DNA of 64,000 bases from Escherichia coli (GCF_024700885.2 NZ_CP117016.1); one strand, 5' to 3'. Positions 11,065-23,715 are shown, counted from the first letter of the stretch. Program-made: numbers and translations. The notes: generated by a model from the letters alone, not told the origin.

Positions 11065-12769
11065 TTCATCGTCAAATCGTGGCGAAGCGATTCTCGCCGC
11101 CCTGAAAACGCAGTTCCCCGGCGCGGTGCTGGATGAAGAGCGACAAACGCCTGAACAGGTCACCATTACGGTGAAAATCAATCTGCTGCCTGACGTTGTG
11201 CATTATCTTTATTATCAACATGATGGCTGGCTTCCAGTCCTGTTTGGCAACGACGAGCGGACACTTAACGGTCATTACGCGGTTTATTATGCCCTTTCTA
11301 TGGAAGGGGCCGAAAAATGCTGGATCGTGGTGAAGGCACTGGTCGATGCCGACAGTCGGGAGTTTCCGTCAGTCACACCGCGCGTCCCTGCCGCGGTCTG
11401 GGGCGAGCGAGAAATTCGCGATATGTACGGGCTGATTCCGGTTGGCCTGCCGGATCAGCGTCGGCTGGTGTTGCCCGATGACTGGCCGGAAGATATGCAT
11501 CCGCTGCGCAAAGACGCGATGGATTATCGACTGCGCCCAGAACCGACGACTGATACCGAAACGTATCCGTTTATCAACGAGGGCAACAGCGATGCGCGGG
11601 TGATCCCTGTCGGCCCGCTGCATATCACCTCCGATGAACCGGGTCACTTCCGCTTGTTTGTGGATGGCGAGCAAATTGTCGATGCTGATTACCGTCTGTT
11701 TTATGTCCATCGCGGCATGGAGAAACTGGCAGAAACGCGGATGGGCTACAACGAAGTGACCTTCTTATCCGACCGCGTGTGTGGGATTTGCGGTTTTGCC
11801 CACAGTGTGGCCTATACCAACTCGGTTGAAAATGCACTGGGGATTGAGGTGCCGCAACGAGCGCATACTATTCGCTCGATTCTGCTGGAAGTCGAACGTC
11901 TGCACAGTCATTTGCTCAACCTTGGCCTCTCCTGCCATTTTGTTGGATTTGATACCGGCTTTATGCAATTTTTCCGCGTGCGGGAAAAGTCGATGACGAT
12001 GGCGGAATTGCTGACCGGGTCGCGTAAAACCTACGGTCTGAATCTGATTGGTGGTGTTCGCCGCGATATTCTCAAAGAGCAACGTCTGCAAACGCTGAAA
12101 CTGGTGCGCGAGATGCGCGCCGACGTGTCGGAGCTGGTAGAGATGCTGCTTGCCACGCCGAATATGGAACAACGCACTCAGGGCATTGGCATTCTCGACC
12201 GACAAATCGCCCGTGATTATAGCCCCGTAGGGCCGCTGATCCGCGGCAGTGGTTTTGCCCGTGATTTGCGCTTTGATCACCCCTACGCCGACTACGGCAA
12301 TATTCCCAAAACGCTGTTTACCTTTACCGGCGGCGATGTCTTCTCCCGCGTGATGGTCCGTGTCAAAGAGACGTTTGATTCGCTGGCAATGCTGGAATTT
12401 GCTCTCGACAACATGCCGGATACCCCACTGCTGACCGAAGGCTTTAGCTATAAACCTCACGCATTCGCGCTGGGCTTTGTTGAAGCGCCACGCGGTGAAG
12501 ACGTGCACTGGAGCATGCTCGGTGATAACCAAAAATTGTTCCGCTGGCGCTGTCGTGCCGCCACCTACGCCAACTGGCCAGTGCTGCGTTACATGCTGCG
12601 CGGCAATACCGTTTCTGACGCACCGCTAATTATCGGTAGCCTTGATCCCTGCTACTCCTGTACCGACCGTGTGACGCTGGTTGATGTGCGCAAGCGCCAG
12701 TCAAAAACCGTGCCGTATAAAGAGATCGAACGCTACGGCATTGATCGTAACCGTTCGCCGCTGAAGTAA
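11054..12769 (+). CDS. hyfG: Hydrogenase-4 large [NiFe] subunit (HycE-like, NuoC-NuoD fusion)
   Basis: ORF 11009-12769. N-terminal [11 protein letters not shown] and C-terminal DPCYSCTDR Ni-Fe ligand motifs. Start placed at GTG 11054 ((M)[16 protein letters not shown]), which aligns with the HycE N-terminus. The exact start is uncertain. Confidence 0.9.
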   Translation: MNVNSSSNRGEAILAALKTQFPGAVLDEERQTPEQVTITVKINLLPDVVHYLYYQHDGWLPVLFGNDERTLNGHYAVYYALSMEGAEKCWIVVKALVDADSREFPSVTPRVPAAVWGEREIRDMYGLIPVGLPDQRRLVLPDDWPEDMHPLRKDAMDYRLRPEPTTDTETYPFINEGNSDARVIPVGPLHITSDEPGHFRLFVDGEQIVDADYRLFYVHRGMEKLAETRMGYNEVTFLSDRVCGICGFAHSVAYTNSVENALGIEVPQRAHTIRSILLEVERLHSHLLNLGLSCHFVGFDTGFMQFFRVREKSMTMAELLTGSRKTYGLNLIGGVRRDILKEQRLQTLKLVREMRADVSELVEMLLATPNMEQRTQGIGILDRQIARDYSPVGPLIRGSGFARDLRFDHPYADYGNIPKTLFTFTGGDVFSRVMVRVKETFDSLAMLEFALDNMPDTPLLTEGFSYKPHAFALGFVEAPRGEDVHWSMLGDNQKLFRWRCRAATYANWPVLRYMLRGNTVSDAPLIIGSLDPCYSCTDRVTLVDVRKRQSKTVPYKEIERYGIDRNRSPLK

Positions 12770-12778
12770 GGACAGAAG

Positions 12779-13324
12779 ATGCTGAAGTTACTGAAAACTA
12801 TTATGCGCGCCGGAACCGCGACGGTGAAATATCCCTTCGCGCCACTGGAGGTCAGCCCAGGCTTTCGCGGGAAACCGGACCTGATGCCCAGCCAATGTAT
12901 TGCCTGTGGTGCCTGCGCCTGTGCTTGTCCGGCAAATGCGCTGACTATCCAGACCGACGACCAGCAAAATTCGCGCACCTGGCAGCTCTATCTGGGGCGT
13001 TGTATTTACTGCGGACGTTGTGAAGAAGTGTGCCCGACCAGAGCCATTCAGCTTACCAATAACTTTGAACTGACCGTCACCAATAAAGCCGATCTCTATA
13101 CCCGCGCGACGTTCCATCTACAACGCTGCAGCCGTTGCGAACGCCCGTTTGCCCCGCAAAAAACCGTCGCACTGGCTGCAGAACTGTTGGCACAGCAACA
13201 AAATGCGCCACAAAACCGCGAAATGTTGCGGGCGCAAGCGAGCGTCTGCCCGGAATGCAAACAACACGCGACGCTGATTAACGACAACACAGATGTACCG
13301 CTGGTGGCTAAGGAGCAGGTATGA
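12779..13324 (+). CDS. hyfH: Hydrogenase-4 component H (2x[4Fe-4S] ferredoxin, HycF/NuoI-like)
   Basis: 181 aa with [12 protein letters not shown] and [12 protein letters not shown] motifs. Confidence 0.95.
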   Translation: MLKLLKTIMRAGTATVKYPFAPLEVSPGFRGKPDLMPSQCIACGACACACPANALTIQTDDQQNSRTWQLYLGRCIYCGRCEEVCPTRAIQLTNNFELTVTNKADLYTRATFHLQRCSRCERPFAPQKTVALAAELLAQQQNAPQNREMLRAQASVCPECKQHATLINDNTDVPLVAKEQV

Positions 13325-14079
13325 GTCCAGTGCTTACGCAACATGTCAGCCAGCCCATCACGCTGGACGAGCAAACGCAAAAGATGAAGCTGCATTTGTT
13401 ACAGGATATCCGTCGCTCGGCTTACGTTTATCGCGTCGATTGCGGCGGCTGCAACGCCTGCGAAATCGAAATTTTTGCCGCCATCACACCCGTATTCGAC
13501 GCAGAACGTTTTGGCATTAAGGTTGTTTCATCACCGCGTCACGCCGATATTTTGTTATTTACTGGCGCAGTCACCCGGGCGATGCGTATGCCTGCACTTC
13601 GGGCGTATGAGTCTGCCCCCGATCATAAAATTTGTGTTTCCTACGGCGCGTGCGGTGTCGGCGGCGGTATTTTCCACGATCTTTACAGCGTCTGGGGCGG
13701 CAGCGACACCATTGTCCCCATTGATGTTTGGATCCCCGGCTGCCCGCCAACACCGGCCGCCACCATTCACGGTTTCGCCGTGGCGCTCGGTTTGCTGCAA
13801 CAGAAGATTCACGCGGTGGATTATCGCGATCCCACCGGGGTGACCATGCAACCGCTGTGGTCGCAGATCCCGCCATCACAGCGTATCGCCATTGAGCGAG
13901 AAGCGAGGCGGCTGGCGGGCTATCGTCAAGGGCGAGAAATTTGCGATCGACTCCTGCGCCATTTAAGCGACGATCCTACAGGAAATCGGGTTAACACCTG
14001 GTTGCGCGAAGCCGACGATCCGCGTCTCAATAGTATCGTTCAGCAACTCTTTCGCGTTCTCCGGGGGTTACATGGCTGA
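13321..14079 (+). CDS. hyfI: Hydrogenase-4 small subunit (HycG/NuoB-like)
   Basis: 252 aa with a NuoB-like [10 protein letters not shown] ... GCPP motif. ATGA overlap with hyfH. Confidence 0.95.
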   Translation: MSPVLTQHVSQPITLDEQTQKMKLHLLQDIRRSAYVYRVDCGGCNACEIEIFAAITPVFDAERFGIKVVSSPRHADILLFTGAVTRAMRMPALRAYESAPDHKICVSYGACGVGGGIFHDLYSVWGGSDTIVPIDVWIPGCPPTPAATIHGFAVALGLLQQKIHAVDYRDPTGVTMQPLWSQIPPSQRIAIEREARRLAGYRQGREICDRLLRHLSDDPTGNRVNTWLREADDPRLNSIVQQLFRVLRGLHG

Positions 14080-14485
14080 GGAGTGCGGGGAAATTGTTTT
14101 CTGGACGCTGCGAAAAAAATTTATCGCCAGTAGCGACGAGATGCCGGAACACAGCTCCCAGGTAATGTATTACTCGTTGGCTATCGGTCATCACGTTGGC
14201 GTGATTGATTGTCTGAATGTCGCCTTCCGCTGCCCACAGACGGAATACGAAGATTGGCTTGCACAGGTCGAAGAGGAGCAAGCCCGACGTAAGATGCTGG
14301 GGGTGATGACCTTTGGTGAGATTGTTATTGACGCCAGCCACACCGCCCTGTTGACCCGGGCATTCGCGCCACTGGCAGATGACGCGACGTCGGCGTGGCA
14401 GGCGCGTAGCATTCAATTCATTCATCTGTTGGATGAAATTGTGCAGGAACCGGCCATCTATCTGATGGCCAGAAAAATTGCGTGA
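14072..14485 (+). CDS. hyfJ: Hydrogenase-4 maturation/accessory protein (HycH-like)
   Basis: 137 aa, overlaps the hyfI end. Operon position is that of K-12 hyfJ. Confidence 0.9.
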   Translation: MAEECGEIVFWTLRKKFIASSDEMPEHSSQVMYYSLAIGHHVGVIDCLNVAFRCPQTEYEDWLAQVEEEQARRKMLGVMTFGEIVIDASHTALLTRAFAPLADDATSAWQARSIQFIHLLDEIVQEPAIYLMARKIA

Positions 14486-14514
14486 GAAGGATTTCTCATT
14501 AATAAGGACTGTTG

Positions 14515-16527
14515 ATGGCTATGTCAGACGAGGCGATGTTTGCCCCGCCGCAAGGAATAACAATTGAAGCGGTAAACGGAATGCTCGCGGAGCGGTTAGC
14601 GCAGAAACACGGCAAGGCGTCTTTATTACGCGCCTTCATCCCGCTGCCGCCGCCGTTCAGCCCGGTACAACTTATTGAACTGCATGTTCTCAAAAGCAAC
14701 TTCTATTACCGCTACCATGATGATGGCAGCGATGTGACGGCAACAACAGAGTATCAGGGTGAGATGGTCGATTATTCGCGCCACGCAGTCCTTCTCGGCA
14801 GTAGTGGAATGGCGGAGCTACGCTTTATTCGCACCCACGGCAGTCGTTTTACTCCCCAGGATTGCACACTGTTTAACTGGCTGGCGCGGATAATCACCCC
14901 GGTTCTGCAATCATGGCTCAATGATGAAGAACAGCAGGTGGCGCTGCGTTTGCTGGAGAAAGATCGCGATCATCATCGGGTACTGGTGGATATCACTAAT
15001 GCAGTATTGTCACATCTTGATCTCGACGATCTGATCGCTGACGTCGCTCGTGAGATCCATCATTTTTTCGGTCTGGCTTCAGTCTGTATGGTACTGGGCG
15101 ATCATCGAAAGAACGAGAAGTTCAGCCTGTGGTGCAGCGATCTTTCTGCCTCACATTGTGCGTGTCTGCCACGCTGTATGCCTGGCGAAAGTGTATTGCT
15201 GACACAAACGCTACAAACCCGACAACCGACCTTGACGCACCGTGCAGACGATCTGTTTCTCTGGCAACGCGACCCGTTATTACACTTACTTGCATCTAAC
15301 GGCTGCGAATCTGCGCTCCTTATACCGCTCACCTTTGGCAACCATACACCGGGCGCATTGTTGCTGGCGCATACCTCTTCCACTCTCTTTAGTGAGGAAA
15401 ACTGCCAGCTACTACAACATATTGCCGATCGCATCGCTATTGCCGTTGGCAATGCCGATGCCTGGCGTAGCATGACCGATTTGCAGGAAAGCTTGCAGCA
15501 AGAAAACCACCAGCTTAGCGAGCAGCTCCTTTCGAATCTGGGCGTCGGTGACATTATCTATCAAAGCCAGGCAATGGAAGATTTGCTCCAGCAGGTAGAT
15601 ATTGTGGCGAAGAGCGACAGTACGGTGTTGATTTGTGGTGAAACCGGAACCGGCAAAGAGGTGATCGCCAGAGCGATCCATCAACTTAGCCCACGACGCG
15701 ACAAGCCACTGGTCAAAATCAACTGCGCTGCCATCCCCGCCAGTCTTCTGGAAAGTGAGTTATTCGGTCATGACAAAGGGGCATTTACTGGTGCGATTAA
15801 TACCCATCGTGGTCGTTTTGAAATTGCCGATGGCGGCACGTTGTTTCTCGATGAAATTGGCGATCTGCCGTTAGAACTTCAGCCTAAACTGCTGCGCGTA
15901 TTGCAGGAACGGGAGATTGAGCGTCTCGGCGGGAGTAGAACGATCCCGGTAAATGTCAGAGTCATTGCCGCCACCAACCGTGATTTGTGGCAAATGGTTG
16001 AAGATCGCCAGTTTCGCAGCGATCTCTTTTATCGCCTGAATGTCTTCCCACTGGAATTGCCCCCGCTACGCGACCGTCCGGAAGATATCCCTCTTTTAGC
16101 AAAACATTTCACGCAAAAAATGGCGCGCCATATGAATCGCGCAATTGACGCCATCCCGACCGAGGCGCTACGCCAGTTGATGTCGTGGGACTGGCCGGGC
16201 AACGTGCGCGAGCTGGAAAACGTGATTGAGCGAGCGGTACTACTGACTCGCGGTAACAGTCTGAATTTACATCTTAATGTCCGACAAAGCCGTTTACTGC
16301 CGACGCTAAATGAAGATTCAGCGCTTCGCAGTTCAATGGCGCAATTGCTGCACCCGACGACGCCAGAGAATGACGAAGAAGAACGTCAGCGCATTGTTCA
16401 GGTATTGCGAGAAACCAATGGCATTGTTGCCGGGCCCCGTGGCGCGGCGACGCGATTAGGGATGAAGCGCACCACGCTGCTGTCACGAATGCAGCGGCTG
16501 GGGATCTCGGTTCGCGAGGTGTTGTAA
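14515..16527 (+). CDS. hyfR: sigma54-dependent transcriptional activator HyfR (FhlA-like; GAF + AAA+ + HTH)
   Basis: ORF 14512-16527. Has the AAA+ Walker A GETGTGKE, the GAFTGA sigma54-contact motif and a C-terminal Fis-type HTH. K-12 HyfR starts MAMSDEAMF. Confidence 0.95.
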   Translation: MAMSDEAMFAPPQGITIEAVNGMLAERLAQKHGKASLLRAFIPLPPPFSPVQLIELHVLKSNFYYRYHDDGSDVTATTEYQGEMVDYSRHAVLLGSSGMAELRFIRTHGSRFTPQDCTLFNWLARIITPVLQSWLNDEEQQVALRLLEKDRDHHRVLVDITNAVLSHLDLDDLIADVAREIHHFFGLASVCMVLGDHRKNEKFSLWCSDLSASHCACLPRCMPGESVLLTQTLQTRQPTLTHRADDLFLWQRDPLLHLLASNGCESALLIPLTFGNHTPGALLLAHTSSTLFSEENCQLLQHIADRIAIAVGNADAWRSMTDLQESLQQENHQLSEQLLSNLGVGDIIYQSQAMEDLLQQVDIVAKSDSTVLICGETGTGKEVIARAIHQLSPRRDKPLVKINCAAIPASLLESELFGHDKGAFTGAINTHRGRFEIADGGTLFLDEIGDLPLELQPKLLRVLQEREIERLGGSRTIPVNVRVIAATNRDLWQMVEDRQFRSDLFYRLNVFPLELPPLRDRPEDIPLLAKHFTQKMARHMNRAIDAIPTEALRQLMSWDWPGNVRELENVIERAVLLTRGNSLNLHLNVRQSRLLPTLNEDSALRSSMAQLLHPTTPENDEEERQRIVQVLRETNGIVAGPRGAATRLGMKRTTLLSRMQRLGISVREVL

Positions 16528-16548
16528 TCTGTTTTTGCAGGAGTATGC

Positions 16549-17397
16549 ATGAGAAACAAACTCTCTTTCGACTTGCAGTTGAGCGCCAGAAAAGCGGCAA
16601 TCGCTGAACGGATTGCCGCCCATAAAATTGCCCGCAGCAAAGTGTCGGTCTTTTTAATGGCGATGTCCGCAGGCGTGTTTATGGCGATCGGATTTACTTT
16701 TTACCTTACCGTTATCGCCGATGCCCCGTCTTCACAGGCATTAACCCATCTGGTGGGAGGCCTTTGCTTTACGCTCGGCTTTATTTTGCTGGCGGTTTGC
16801 GGCACCAGCCTGTTCACCTCGTCGGTAATGACGGTGATGGCAAAAAGTCGGGGCGTTATTAGCTGGCGAACATGGCTGATTAATGCACTTCTGGTGGCCT
16901 GCGGTAATCTGGCAGGTATTGCCTGTTTCAGTTTGTTAATCTGGTTTTCCGGGCTGGTGATGAGTGAAAACGCGATGTGGGGAGTCGCGGTTTTACACTG
17001 CGCCGAGGGCAAAATGCATCATACATTTACTGAATCAGTCAGCCTCGGCATTATGTGCAATCTGATGGTTTGTCTGGCGCTGTGGATGAGTTATTGCGGA
17101 CGTTCATTATGCGACAAAATCGTCGCCATGATTTTGCCCATCACCCTGTTTGTCGCCAGTGGCTTTGAGCACTGTATCGCCAATTTGTTTGTGATTCCGT
17201 TCGCCATTGCCATTCGCCATTTCGCCCCTACCTCCTTCTGGCAACTGGCGCACAGTAGCGCAGACCATTTTCCGGTACTGACGGTCAGCCATTTTATTAC
17301 CGCCAATCTGCTCCCGGTGATGCTGGGTAATATTATCGGCGGTGCAGTGCTGGTGAGTATTTGTTATCGGGCTATTTATTTACGTCAGGAACCCTAA
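16549..17397 (+). CDS. focB: Formate channel FocB (FNT family)
   Basis: 282-aa membrane protein. FNT family features and position after hyfR. Confidence 0.93.
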   Translation: MRNKLSFDLQLSARKAAIAERIAAHKIARSKVSVFLMAMSAGVFMAIGFTFYLTVIADAPSSQALTHLVGGLCFTLGFILLAVCGTSLFTSSVMTVMAKSRGVISWRTWLINALLVACGNLAGIACFSLLIWFSGLVMSENAMWGVAVLHCAEGKMHHTFTESVSLGIMCNLMVCLALWMSYCGRSLCDKIVAMILPITLFVASGFEHCIANLFVIPFAIAIRHFAPTSFWQLAHSSADHFPVLTVSHFITANLLPVMLGNIIGGAVLVSICYRAIYLRQEP

Positions 17398-17401
17398 AAA
17401 T

Positions 17402-17429
17402 CAGCCCGGCGAAACAGTTCGTCGGGCTG
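17402..17429. terminator. Hairpin between convergent focB and perM (bidirectional terminator candidate)
   Basis: cagcccg...cgggctg stem (17402-17408 / 17423-17429) flanked by an A-run on the left. Confidence 0.5.
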
Positions 17430-17433
17430 AAGA

Positions 17434-18495
17434 TTATTCTTGCGCGATTTGCCCATCGGGCCAGGCGTGAATCACGGCTTTGATCAGCGTCGCCAATGGA
17501 ATGGCGAAGAATACGCCCCAGAATCCCCACAAACCACCGAAGATCACTACTGATAAAATAATGACCAGCGGATGCAGGTTAACCGCTTCGGAGAACAACA
17601 CAGGTACTAACAGGTTGCCGTCCAGCGCCTGAATAATCAGATACACCGCGAAGCAGCTCCAGAATTCCGTGCCAGCACCAAACTGGAATAGCGCCACGCC
17701 AACCACCGGAATGGTCACCACAAATGCACCAATGTACGGAATAAGTACCGAGAAGCCGACCAGCACCGCCAGCAGCAGCGAATAGTTCAGCCCGAAGAGT
17801 AAGAATCCCAGCCAGGTGGCAATCCCCACCACGATCATCTCCAGCACTTTGCCGCGGATATAGTTGGTGATTTGTTGATTCATCTCCTTCCACACCTGTC
17901 CTGCCAGTCCACGGTTACGTGGCAGCACCCGGCGAACGGCGCTCAGCATCTGCTCTTTGTCTTTCAGCAGGAAGAAGACCATCAATGGTACCAGCACCAG
18001 ATAGACGGCAATGGTCAGCAAACCGACCAGCGAGGCGAGGGAAATTTTCACCACCGAATCGCCCATGGTCAGCATCCGACTGCGCATATTTTCGGCCATT
18101 GCATCAATAATGCCCGCATCCATCAACGCCGGATAGCGGCGCGGCAACGTGGCGGCAAAGTCAGAAAGCTTATTGAGCATCCCCGGCATATCGCGAATTA
18201 AGTAGATGCCCTGCTGCCAGGCGATAGGCAATACCACGAACGCCATCAGTAGCAATATACCGACGAAAACCACCAATACAATCGACGTCGCCCAGCGGCG
18301 GGAGCAGCCAATAGATTGCAGGCGCACGGTTGGCCATTCCAGCAAATAGGCCAGCACAATAGCCACCAACAGTGGAGCAAGCAGGCCACTAAAGAAAAAG
18401 ATAATGCCAAATCCGGCAACTAAAATAACCAGCAAGGCAATCGCTTCCGGGTCGCTAAAACGGCGGCGATACCATTGCATCAACATTTCGAGCAT
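17434..18495 (-). CDS. perM: AI-2E/PerM family inner membrane permease
   Basis: 353-aa polytopic membrane protein. Sequence and position match K-12 yfgO/perM. Confidence 0.9.
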   Translation of the reverse strand: MLEMLMQWYRRRFSDPEAIALLVILVAGFGIIFFFSGLLAPLLVAIVLAYLLEWPTVRLQSIGCSRRWATSIVLVVFVGILLLMAFVVLPIAWQQGIYLIRDMPGMLNKLSDFAATLPRRYPALMDAGIIDAMAENMRSRMLTMGDSVVKISLASLVGLLTIAVYLVLVPLMVFFLLKDKEQMLSAVRRVLPRNRGLAGQVWKEMNQQITNYIRGKVLEMIVVGIATWLGFLLFGLNYSLLLAVLVGFSVLIPYIGAFVVTIPVVGVALFQFGAGTEFWSCFAVYLIIQALDGNLLVPVLFSEAVNLHPLVIILSVVIFGGLWGFWGVFFAIPLATLIKAVIHAWPDGQIAQE

Positions 18496-18707
18496 AAAGA
18501 CCTTCCCTGAACCTCAAGAGCGGGATTGCGATCCGCAATTGTATCGAAATGTCACAAAAAAGACTTCGCTTTTTATGACGGATTCAGGAAACTGAAAAGT
18601 CATTTGAGTGGGCTAATCTTCGCCGTTACACTCAAAGGCGGCGCGGTGGGAACGATATTTCACAGTATCGGTCAAATGACTATCTTCAGAAATACAGGAT
18701 AGAGGTT

Positions 18708-20171
18708 ATGTTCAGGCAGTTGAAAAAAAACCTGGTTGCAACCCTCATTGCTGCCATGACCATTGGTCAGGTAGCCCCGGCGTTTGCCGATAGTGCAGAC
18801 ACCTTGCCGGATATGGGAACCTCCGCAGGAAGCACGCTTTCCATTGGTCAGGAAATGCAGATGGGCGACTATTATGTCCGCCAGCTACGCGGCAGCGCGC
18901 CGTTAATTAATGACCCGCTGTTAACGCAATATATTAATTCGCTGGGGATGCGTCTGGTTTCGCATGCCAATTCGGTTAAGACACCGTTTCATTTTTTTCT
19001 GATCAACAACGACGAAATTAACGCCTTTGCTTTCTTTGGCGGCAACGTGGTGCTGCACTCTGCCCTGTTCCGTTATTCCGATAACGAAAGTCAACTGGCT
19101 TCAGTTATGGCGCACGAAATCTCCCACGTCACCCAACGTCACCTGGCGCGAGCGATGGAAGATCAACAACGCAGCGCGCCGCTGACCTGGGTCGGCGCGT
19201 TAGGTTCTATTTTACTGGCGATGGCCAGTCCGCAGGCGGGGATGGCGGCGCTGACCGGTACACTGGCGGGAACGCGCCAGGGGATGATCAGTTTCACCCA
19301 GCAAAATGAACAGGAAGCGGACCGCATTGGTATTCAGGTGCTGCAACGCTCAGGATTCGATCCGCAGGCGATGCCGACCTTCCTCGAAAAATTGCTCGAT
19401 CAGGCGCGTTACTCCTCGCGTCCGCCGGAAATTTTATTGACTCACCCATTGCCGGAAAGTCGTCTGGCAGATGCCCGCAACCGTGCTAATCAGATGCGCC
19501 CGATGGTGGTGCAGTCGTCGGAAGATTTCTATCTGGCGAAAGCGCGCACACTGGGGATGTATAATTCCGGACGTAACCAGCTCACCAGTGATTTGCTGGA
19601 TGAATGGGCGAAAGGAAACGTTCGTCAGCAACGAGCGGCGCAATATGGTCGTGCTTTACAGGCGATGGAAGCCAATAAATACGACGAAGCGCGTAAAACG
19701 CTGCAACCGTTACTGGCGGCAGAACCTGGCAATGCATGGTATCTCGATCTGGCTACCGATATCGATCTTGGGCAAAACAAAGCCAATGACGCTATCAATC
19801 GCCTGAAAAATGCCCGCGATTTGCGCACCAATCCGGTGTTGCAGCTCAACCTGGCGAACGCTTATCTGCAAGGGGGGCAACCACAGGAAGCGGCCAATAT
19901 TCTGAATCGCTACACTTTTAACAATAAAGATGACAGCAACGGCTGGGATTTACTGGCACAGGCGGAAGCCGCACTAAATAACCGCGATCAGGAACTGGCT
20001 GCGCGAGCTGAAGGTTATGCGCTCGCCGGGCGACTCGATCAGGCCATTTCCTTGTTGAGTAGCGCCAGTTCGCAGGTGAAATTAGGCAGCCTGCAACAAG
20101 CGCGTTACGATGCGCGCATCGACCAGTTGCGCCAGCTGCAAGAACGCTTTAAGCCTTATACCAAGATGTAA
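18708..20171 (+). CDS. bepA: Periplasmic beta-barrel assembly-enhancing protease BepA (M48 metalloprotease + TPR)
   Basis: 487 aa with a signal peptide, the HEISH zinc motif and a TPR-like C-terminus. K-12 yfgC. Confidence 0.95.
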   Translation: MFRQLKKNLVATLIAAMTIGQVAPAFADSADTLPDMGTSAGSTLSIGQEMQMGDYYVRQLRGSAPLINDPLLTQYINSLGMRLVSHANSVKTPFHFFLINNDEINAFAFFGGNVVLHSALFRYSDNESQLASVMAHEISHVTQRHLARAMEDQQRSAPLTWVGALGSILLAMASPQAGMAALTGTLAGTRQGMISFTQQNEQEADRIGIQVLQRSGFDPQAMPTFLEKLLDQARYSSRPPEILLTHPLPESRLADARNRANQMRPMVVQSSEDFYLAKARTLGMYNSGRNQLTSDLLDEWAKGNVRQQRAAQYGRALQAMEANKYDEARKTLQPLLAAEPGNAWYLDLATDIDLGQNKANDAINRLKNARDLRTNPVLQLNLANAYLQGGQPQEAANILNRYTFNNKDDSNGWDLLAQAEAALNNRDQELAARAEGYALAGRLDQAISLLSSASSQVKLGSLQQARYDARIDQLRQLQERFKPYTKM

Positions 20172-20191
20172 TTCGCATTAAAGGAAGAACA

Positions 20192-20551
20192 ATGACCAAA
20201 CAGGTAAAAATCTACCATAACCCACGCTGTTCAAAGAGCCGGGAAACGCTGAACCTGCTGAAAGAAAACGGCGTGGAGCCAGAAGTGGTGCTCTACCTTG
20301 AGACACCGGCCGATGCGGCAACGCTGCGCGATTTGCTGAAAATGCTGGGGATGAATAGCGCTCGTGAATTGATGCGCCAGAAAGAGGATCTTTATAAAGA
20401 ACTGAACCTGGCTGACAGTTCGCTTAGCGAAGAGGCGCTGATTCAGGCAATGGTGGATAATCCGAAGCTAATGGAGCGCCCGATTGTGGTCGCGAATGGC
20501 AAAGCGCGAATTGGTCGTCCACCGGAGCAGGTGCTGGAAATCGTGGGTTAA
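20192..20551 (+). CDS. yfgD: ArsC-family (Spx/ArsC glutaredoxin-like) protein YfgD
   Basis: 119 aa. N-terminal YHNPRCSKSR is typical of the ArsC family. Confidence 0.9.
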   Translation: MTKQVKIYHNPRCSKSRETLNLLKENGVEPEVVLYLETPADAATLRDLLKMLGMNSARELMRQKEDLYKELNLADSSLSEEALIQAMVDNPKLMERPIVVANGKARIGRPPEQVLEIVG

Positions 20552-20578
20552 GAAGTGCTCCATCGCTAGTTGAAGCAC

Positions 20579-20643
20579 ATTGCCGGATGCGACGCTTGCC
20601 GCGTCTTATCCGGCCGACGAATACTATGGGGGCGCATCCGACA
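20579..20643. repeat. REP element(s)
   Basis: tgccggatgcgacgcttgccgcgtcttatccggccgac plus a partial inverted copy ggcgcatccgaca. Lies in the yfgD-hda intergenic region. Confidence 0.6.
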
Positions 20644-20656
20644 ATAAACACCTTAT

Positions 20657-21358
20657 CTACAACTTCAGAATTTCTTTCACAAACGGAATGGTCAGCTTAC
20701 GTTGTGCGGTAATCGACGCACGATCCAACTGATCCAACGTCATAAATAACGTGCGCATTTCTCTGTCGAGCCGCTTCAGCAAGAAACGCCCCACATCTTC
20801 CGGCAGTTCAAAACCACGCAAACGCGCGCGTAACTGTAGCGCCTGCAACTTATCTTCATCAGAAAGTGGCTGCAATTTGTAGATCTGCCCCCAGTCGAGT
20901 CGCGACGCGAGATCCGGTAATCCCAGATTCAACTGCCGCGGTGGACGATCGCCGGTGATCAACAACCGTGTTTTGCCCGATTCCAGAATTCGATTGTAGA
21001 GATCGAAAATCGCCATCTCCCACAACTCATCGCCTGCAATACACTCAATGTTGTCGATACAGACCAGCGACAAATGCTCCATACCGTCGAGCACTTCCGG
21101 AACAAACCAGGTGCGTTTATCCAGCGGGACATAGCCCACCGCATCGCCACGCTGCGACAATTCCGCGCAAGCCGCGTGCAGCAGATGGCTGCGCCCCGCG
21201 CCTTCGCGTGCCCAGAGATAGATGTAACCGCTATGTTCCTGACGCAGCACGTTTTGCAGCGCGGCCAGTAAAGAGGAGTTATCCCCCGGCCAGAAACTTG
21301 CAAAGGTTTCGTCGTCAGGAAGATAAAGTGGCAAAGAGAGCTGTGCCGGTGTGTTCAG
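20657..21358 (-). CDS. hda: DnaA-inactivating protein Hda (RIDA)
   Basis: ORF 20657-21403. The mature 233-aa Hda ((M)[18 protein letters not shown], clamp-binding QLSLPL) is known to initiate at a CTG, which here is the Leu codon at 21358. Confidence 0.9.
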
Positions 21359-21452
21359 AGATACCTCAACCAGGATTTCACAAAATCGCGAGAAGTTTAC
21401 CACAGAATCCCATGATGTTTGAACCGGGCAGCAACACTGCCCGGTCGGTACA

Positions 21453-22742
21453 TTATTTGTCTGTTATATCCGCGTCTTCTGCGTCCAGCACCACTTCTTC
21501 AGGGCGCAGCACACTAATCAGTTTGAAGATCAAACTTAAGCCGATACCGACGATGGTCGCCAGCGCCATACCTTTCAGCTCCGCCGCGCCGATGTTTACC
21601 TTCGCGCCACTGACACCGATGATCAAAATCACGGAAGTCAGGATCAGATTCTGTGCTTTGTTGTAATCCACTTTCGATTCGATCAAAACACGAATACCGG
21701 AAGCACCGATGACACCATAAAGCAGCAGCGAAACGCCGCCCATCACCGGCAATGGGATCATCTGGATAGCAGCAGCCAGTTTACCGACGCAGGAAAGCAG
21801 GATAGCGAAAATCGCCGCCCCGCCGATAACCCAGGTACTGTAAACACGGGTGATCGCCATCACGCCAATGTTTTCCCCGTAGGTAGTATTTGGCGTGGAG
21901 CCAAAGAAGCCGGAGATCACGGTCGACAAGCCGTTAGCAAACATCGAACGGTGCAGACCTGGATCGCGCAGCAGATCTTTTTTGACGATATTAGCCGTTA
22001 CCACCAGGTGCCCTACGTGTTCGGCAATAACCACTAACGCCGCTGGCAGAATAGTCAGAATGGCAAACCACTCGAAGCGCGGCGTATAGAGAGTTGGCAG
22101 CGCAAACCAGTGAGCATTAATAATCGGCGTGGTATCGACAATTCCCATTGCGAAAGAGAGCGCGTAGCCCACCAGCACGCCAATTAAAATCGGGATAATT
22201 GCCAGGAAACCACGAAACAGCACGGAACCTAAAACCGTAACCGCCAGCGTGGTAATGGAGATGATGATGGTTTTGGAGTCTGGAGTTTGCCCTTCAGCCG
22301 GGAGTAAACCTGCCATACCGGCAGCTACGCCCGCCAGCTCCAGACCGATGACGGCAACGATTGCGCCCATTGCCGCAGGTGGAAACAGCACGTCCAGCCA
22401 GCCGGTCCCCGCTTTCTTCACGATAAAAGAAACCAGGCAGAACAGCACGCCGCACATAATAAAGCCGCCCAGCGCGACTTCATACCCCAACGGCAACAGT
22501 AACAATACCGGTGAAATAAAGGCAAAGCTGGAACCAAGATAAGCCGGAATTTTCCCTTTACAGATGAAGAGATACAGCAGTGTTCCTATACCGTTAAATA
22601 ACAGTACAGTCGCCGGGTTAATATGAAATAAGACGGGCACCAGGACGGTTGCACCAAACATGGCGAACAAATGTTGCAAACTAAGCGGGATTGTCTGTAA
22701 AAGTGGCGGTCTTTCACTCACCCCGATAGCACGGCGCGTCAT
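21453..22742 (-). CDS. uraA: Uracil:proton symporter UraA
   Basis: ORF 21453-22784. K-12 UraA (429 aa) starts [16 protein letters not shown] at 22742. Confidence 0.95.
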   Translation of the reverse strand: MTRRAIGVSERPPLLQTIPLSLQHLFAMFGATVLVPVLFHINPATVLLFNGIGTLLYLFICKGKIPAYLGSSFAFISPVLLLLPLGYEVALGGFIMCGVLFCLVSFIVKKAGTGWLDVLFPPAAMGAIVAVIGLELAGVAAGMAGLLPAEGQTPDSKTIIISITTLAVTVLGSVLFRGFLAIIPILIGVLVGYALSFAMGIVDTTPIINAHWFALPTLYTPRFEWFAILTILPAALVVIAEHVGHLVVTANIVKKDLLRDPGLHRSMFANGLSTVISGFFGSTPNTTYGENIGVMAITRVYSTWVIGGAAIFAILLSCVGKLAAAIQMIPLPVMGGVSLLLYGVIGASGIRVLIESKVDYNKAQNLILTSVILIIGVSGAKVNIGAAELKGMALATIVGIGLSLIFKLISVLRPEEVVLDAEDADITDK

Positions 22743-22782
22743 AGTATTATCCTCTGTATTATGTGTTATAGGCGCTTTACTC

Positions 22783-22810
22783 AAAAAAAAGCCGACTCTT
22801 AAAGTCGGCT
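22783..22810 (-). terminator. Rho-independent terminator/attenuator between upp and uraA
   Basis: Minus strand: gccgactttaagagtcggc hairpin followed by T8. Confidence 0.6.
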
Positions 22811-22827
22811 TTAATTATTTTTATTCT

Positions 22828-23454
22828 TTATTTCGTACCAAAGATTTTGTCACCGGCATCGCCGAGGCCCGGAATAATGTATCCGTGCTCGTTCAGTCCC
22901 TGGTCAATCGATGCAGTATACAGTTCGACGTCCGGGTGCGCTTTTTCCAGCGCTGCGATACCTTCTGGCGCAGCTACCAGCACCAGAACTTTGATGCTGC
23001 TGCAGCCCGCTTTTTTCAGCAGGTCGATGGTCGCGATAACGGAACCACCGGTTGCCAGCATTGGGTCAACGATCAGCGCCATACGCTCATCGATGTTAGA
23101 AACCAGTTTCTGGAAGTACGGTACCGGCTCCAGCGTTTCTTCATTACGGTACATACCGACGACGCTGATGCGCGCGCTCGGAACGTTTTCCAGCACACCG
23201 TCCATCATCCCCAGACCCGCACGCAGAATTGGCACAACGGTAATTTTCTTACCTTTGATCTGGTCGATTTCTACCGGGCCGTTCCAGCCTTCGATAGTTA
23301 CTTTTTCCGTTTCGAGGTCGGCGGTCGCTTCGTAAGTCAGCAGGCTACCCACTTCGGAAGCGAGTTCGCGAAAGCGCTTGGTGCTGATATCTTGCTCACG
23401 CATCAGTCCCAGCTTGTGTTTGACGAGTGGGTGTTTGACTTCCACGATCTTCAT
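22828..23454 (-). CDS. upp: Uracil phosphoribosyltransferase
   Basis: ORF 22828-23481. K-12 Upp (208 aa) starts [16 protein letters not shown] at 23454. Confidence 0.95.
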
Positions 23455-23480
23455 ACTCTTTCTCCTTTGAGGGGCAGCCA

Positions 23481-23491
23481 CAAAAAAAATC
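23481..23491 (-). promoter_or_regulatory. upp initially-transcribed T8 tract (UTP-sensitive start-site switching / reiterative transcription)
   Basis: The minus strand reads GATTTTTTTTG about 30 nt upstream of the upp ATG. This is the motif described for pyrimidine control of upp-uraA. Confidence 0.6.
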
Positions 23492-23699
23492 GACGGATTA
23501 TACCTCCTTTCTTCAAGGCGGCAATATTATTTTCGTTGACTTTAGTCAAAATGATAACGGTTTGAGATAAAGTTATTTTATATTCAAATGGTTATGGAAG
23601 AAGATTATTCCATCCGAAAACGATCCTTTGCCCTGGTACAAGTATTGTTTTGCCGCGCGCCTGGGGAAAAGACGTACAAAAAGGTTGTGTAAAGCAGTC

Positions 23700-23715
23700 T
23701 CGCAAACGTTTGCTT
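23700..23715. promoter_or_regulatory. PurR operator (PUR box) of purMN
   Basis: tCGCAAACGTTTGCtt matches the palindromic PUR box aCGCAAACGTTTnCnT, about 65 nt upstream of the purM start. Confidence 0.7.

Noticed and set aside
11765-12532. 255-aa minus-strand ORF inside hyfG, and the many 60-190-aa ORFs inside hyfB-hyfF
   Set aside because: They are fully nested antisense or out of frame within well-conserved hydrogenase-4 genes.
3729-16527. The hyf cluster as a novel system
   Set aside because: It is the well-known hydrogenase-4 operon of E. coli, with gene sizes and order identical to K-12.
20968-21666. 232-aa plus-strand ORF
   Set aside because: It is antisense to hda and the uraA 3' end, is Arg/Pro/Ser-rich and has no RBS.
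22660-23565. 301-aa plus-strand ORF
   Set aside because: It is antisense to upp and the uraA 5' end, both of which match K-12 proteins exactly. It is a typical shadow ORF of a highly expressed gene.
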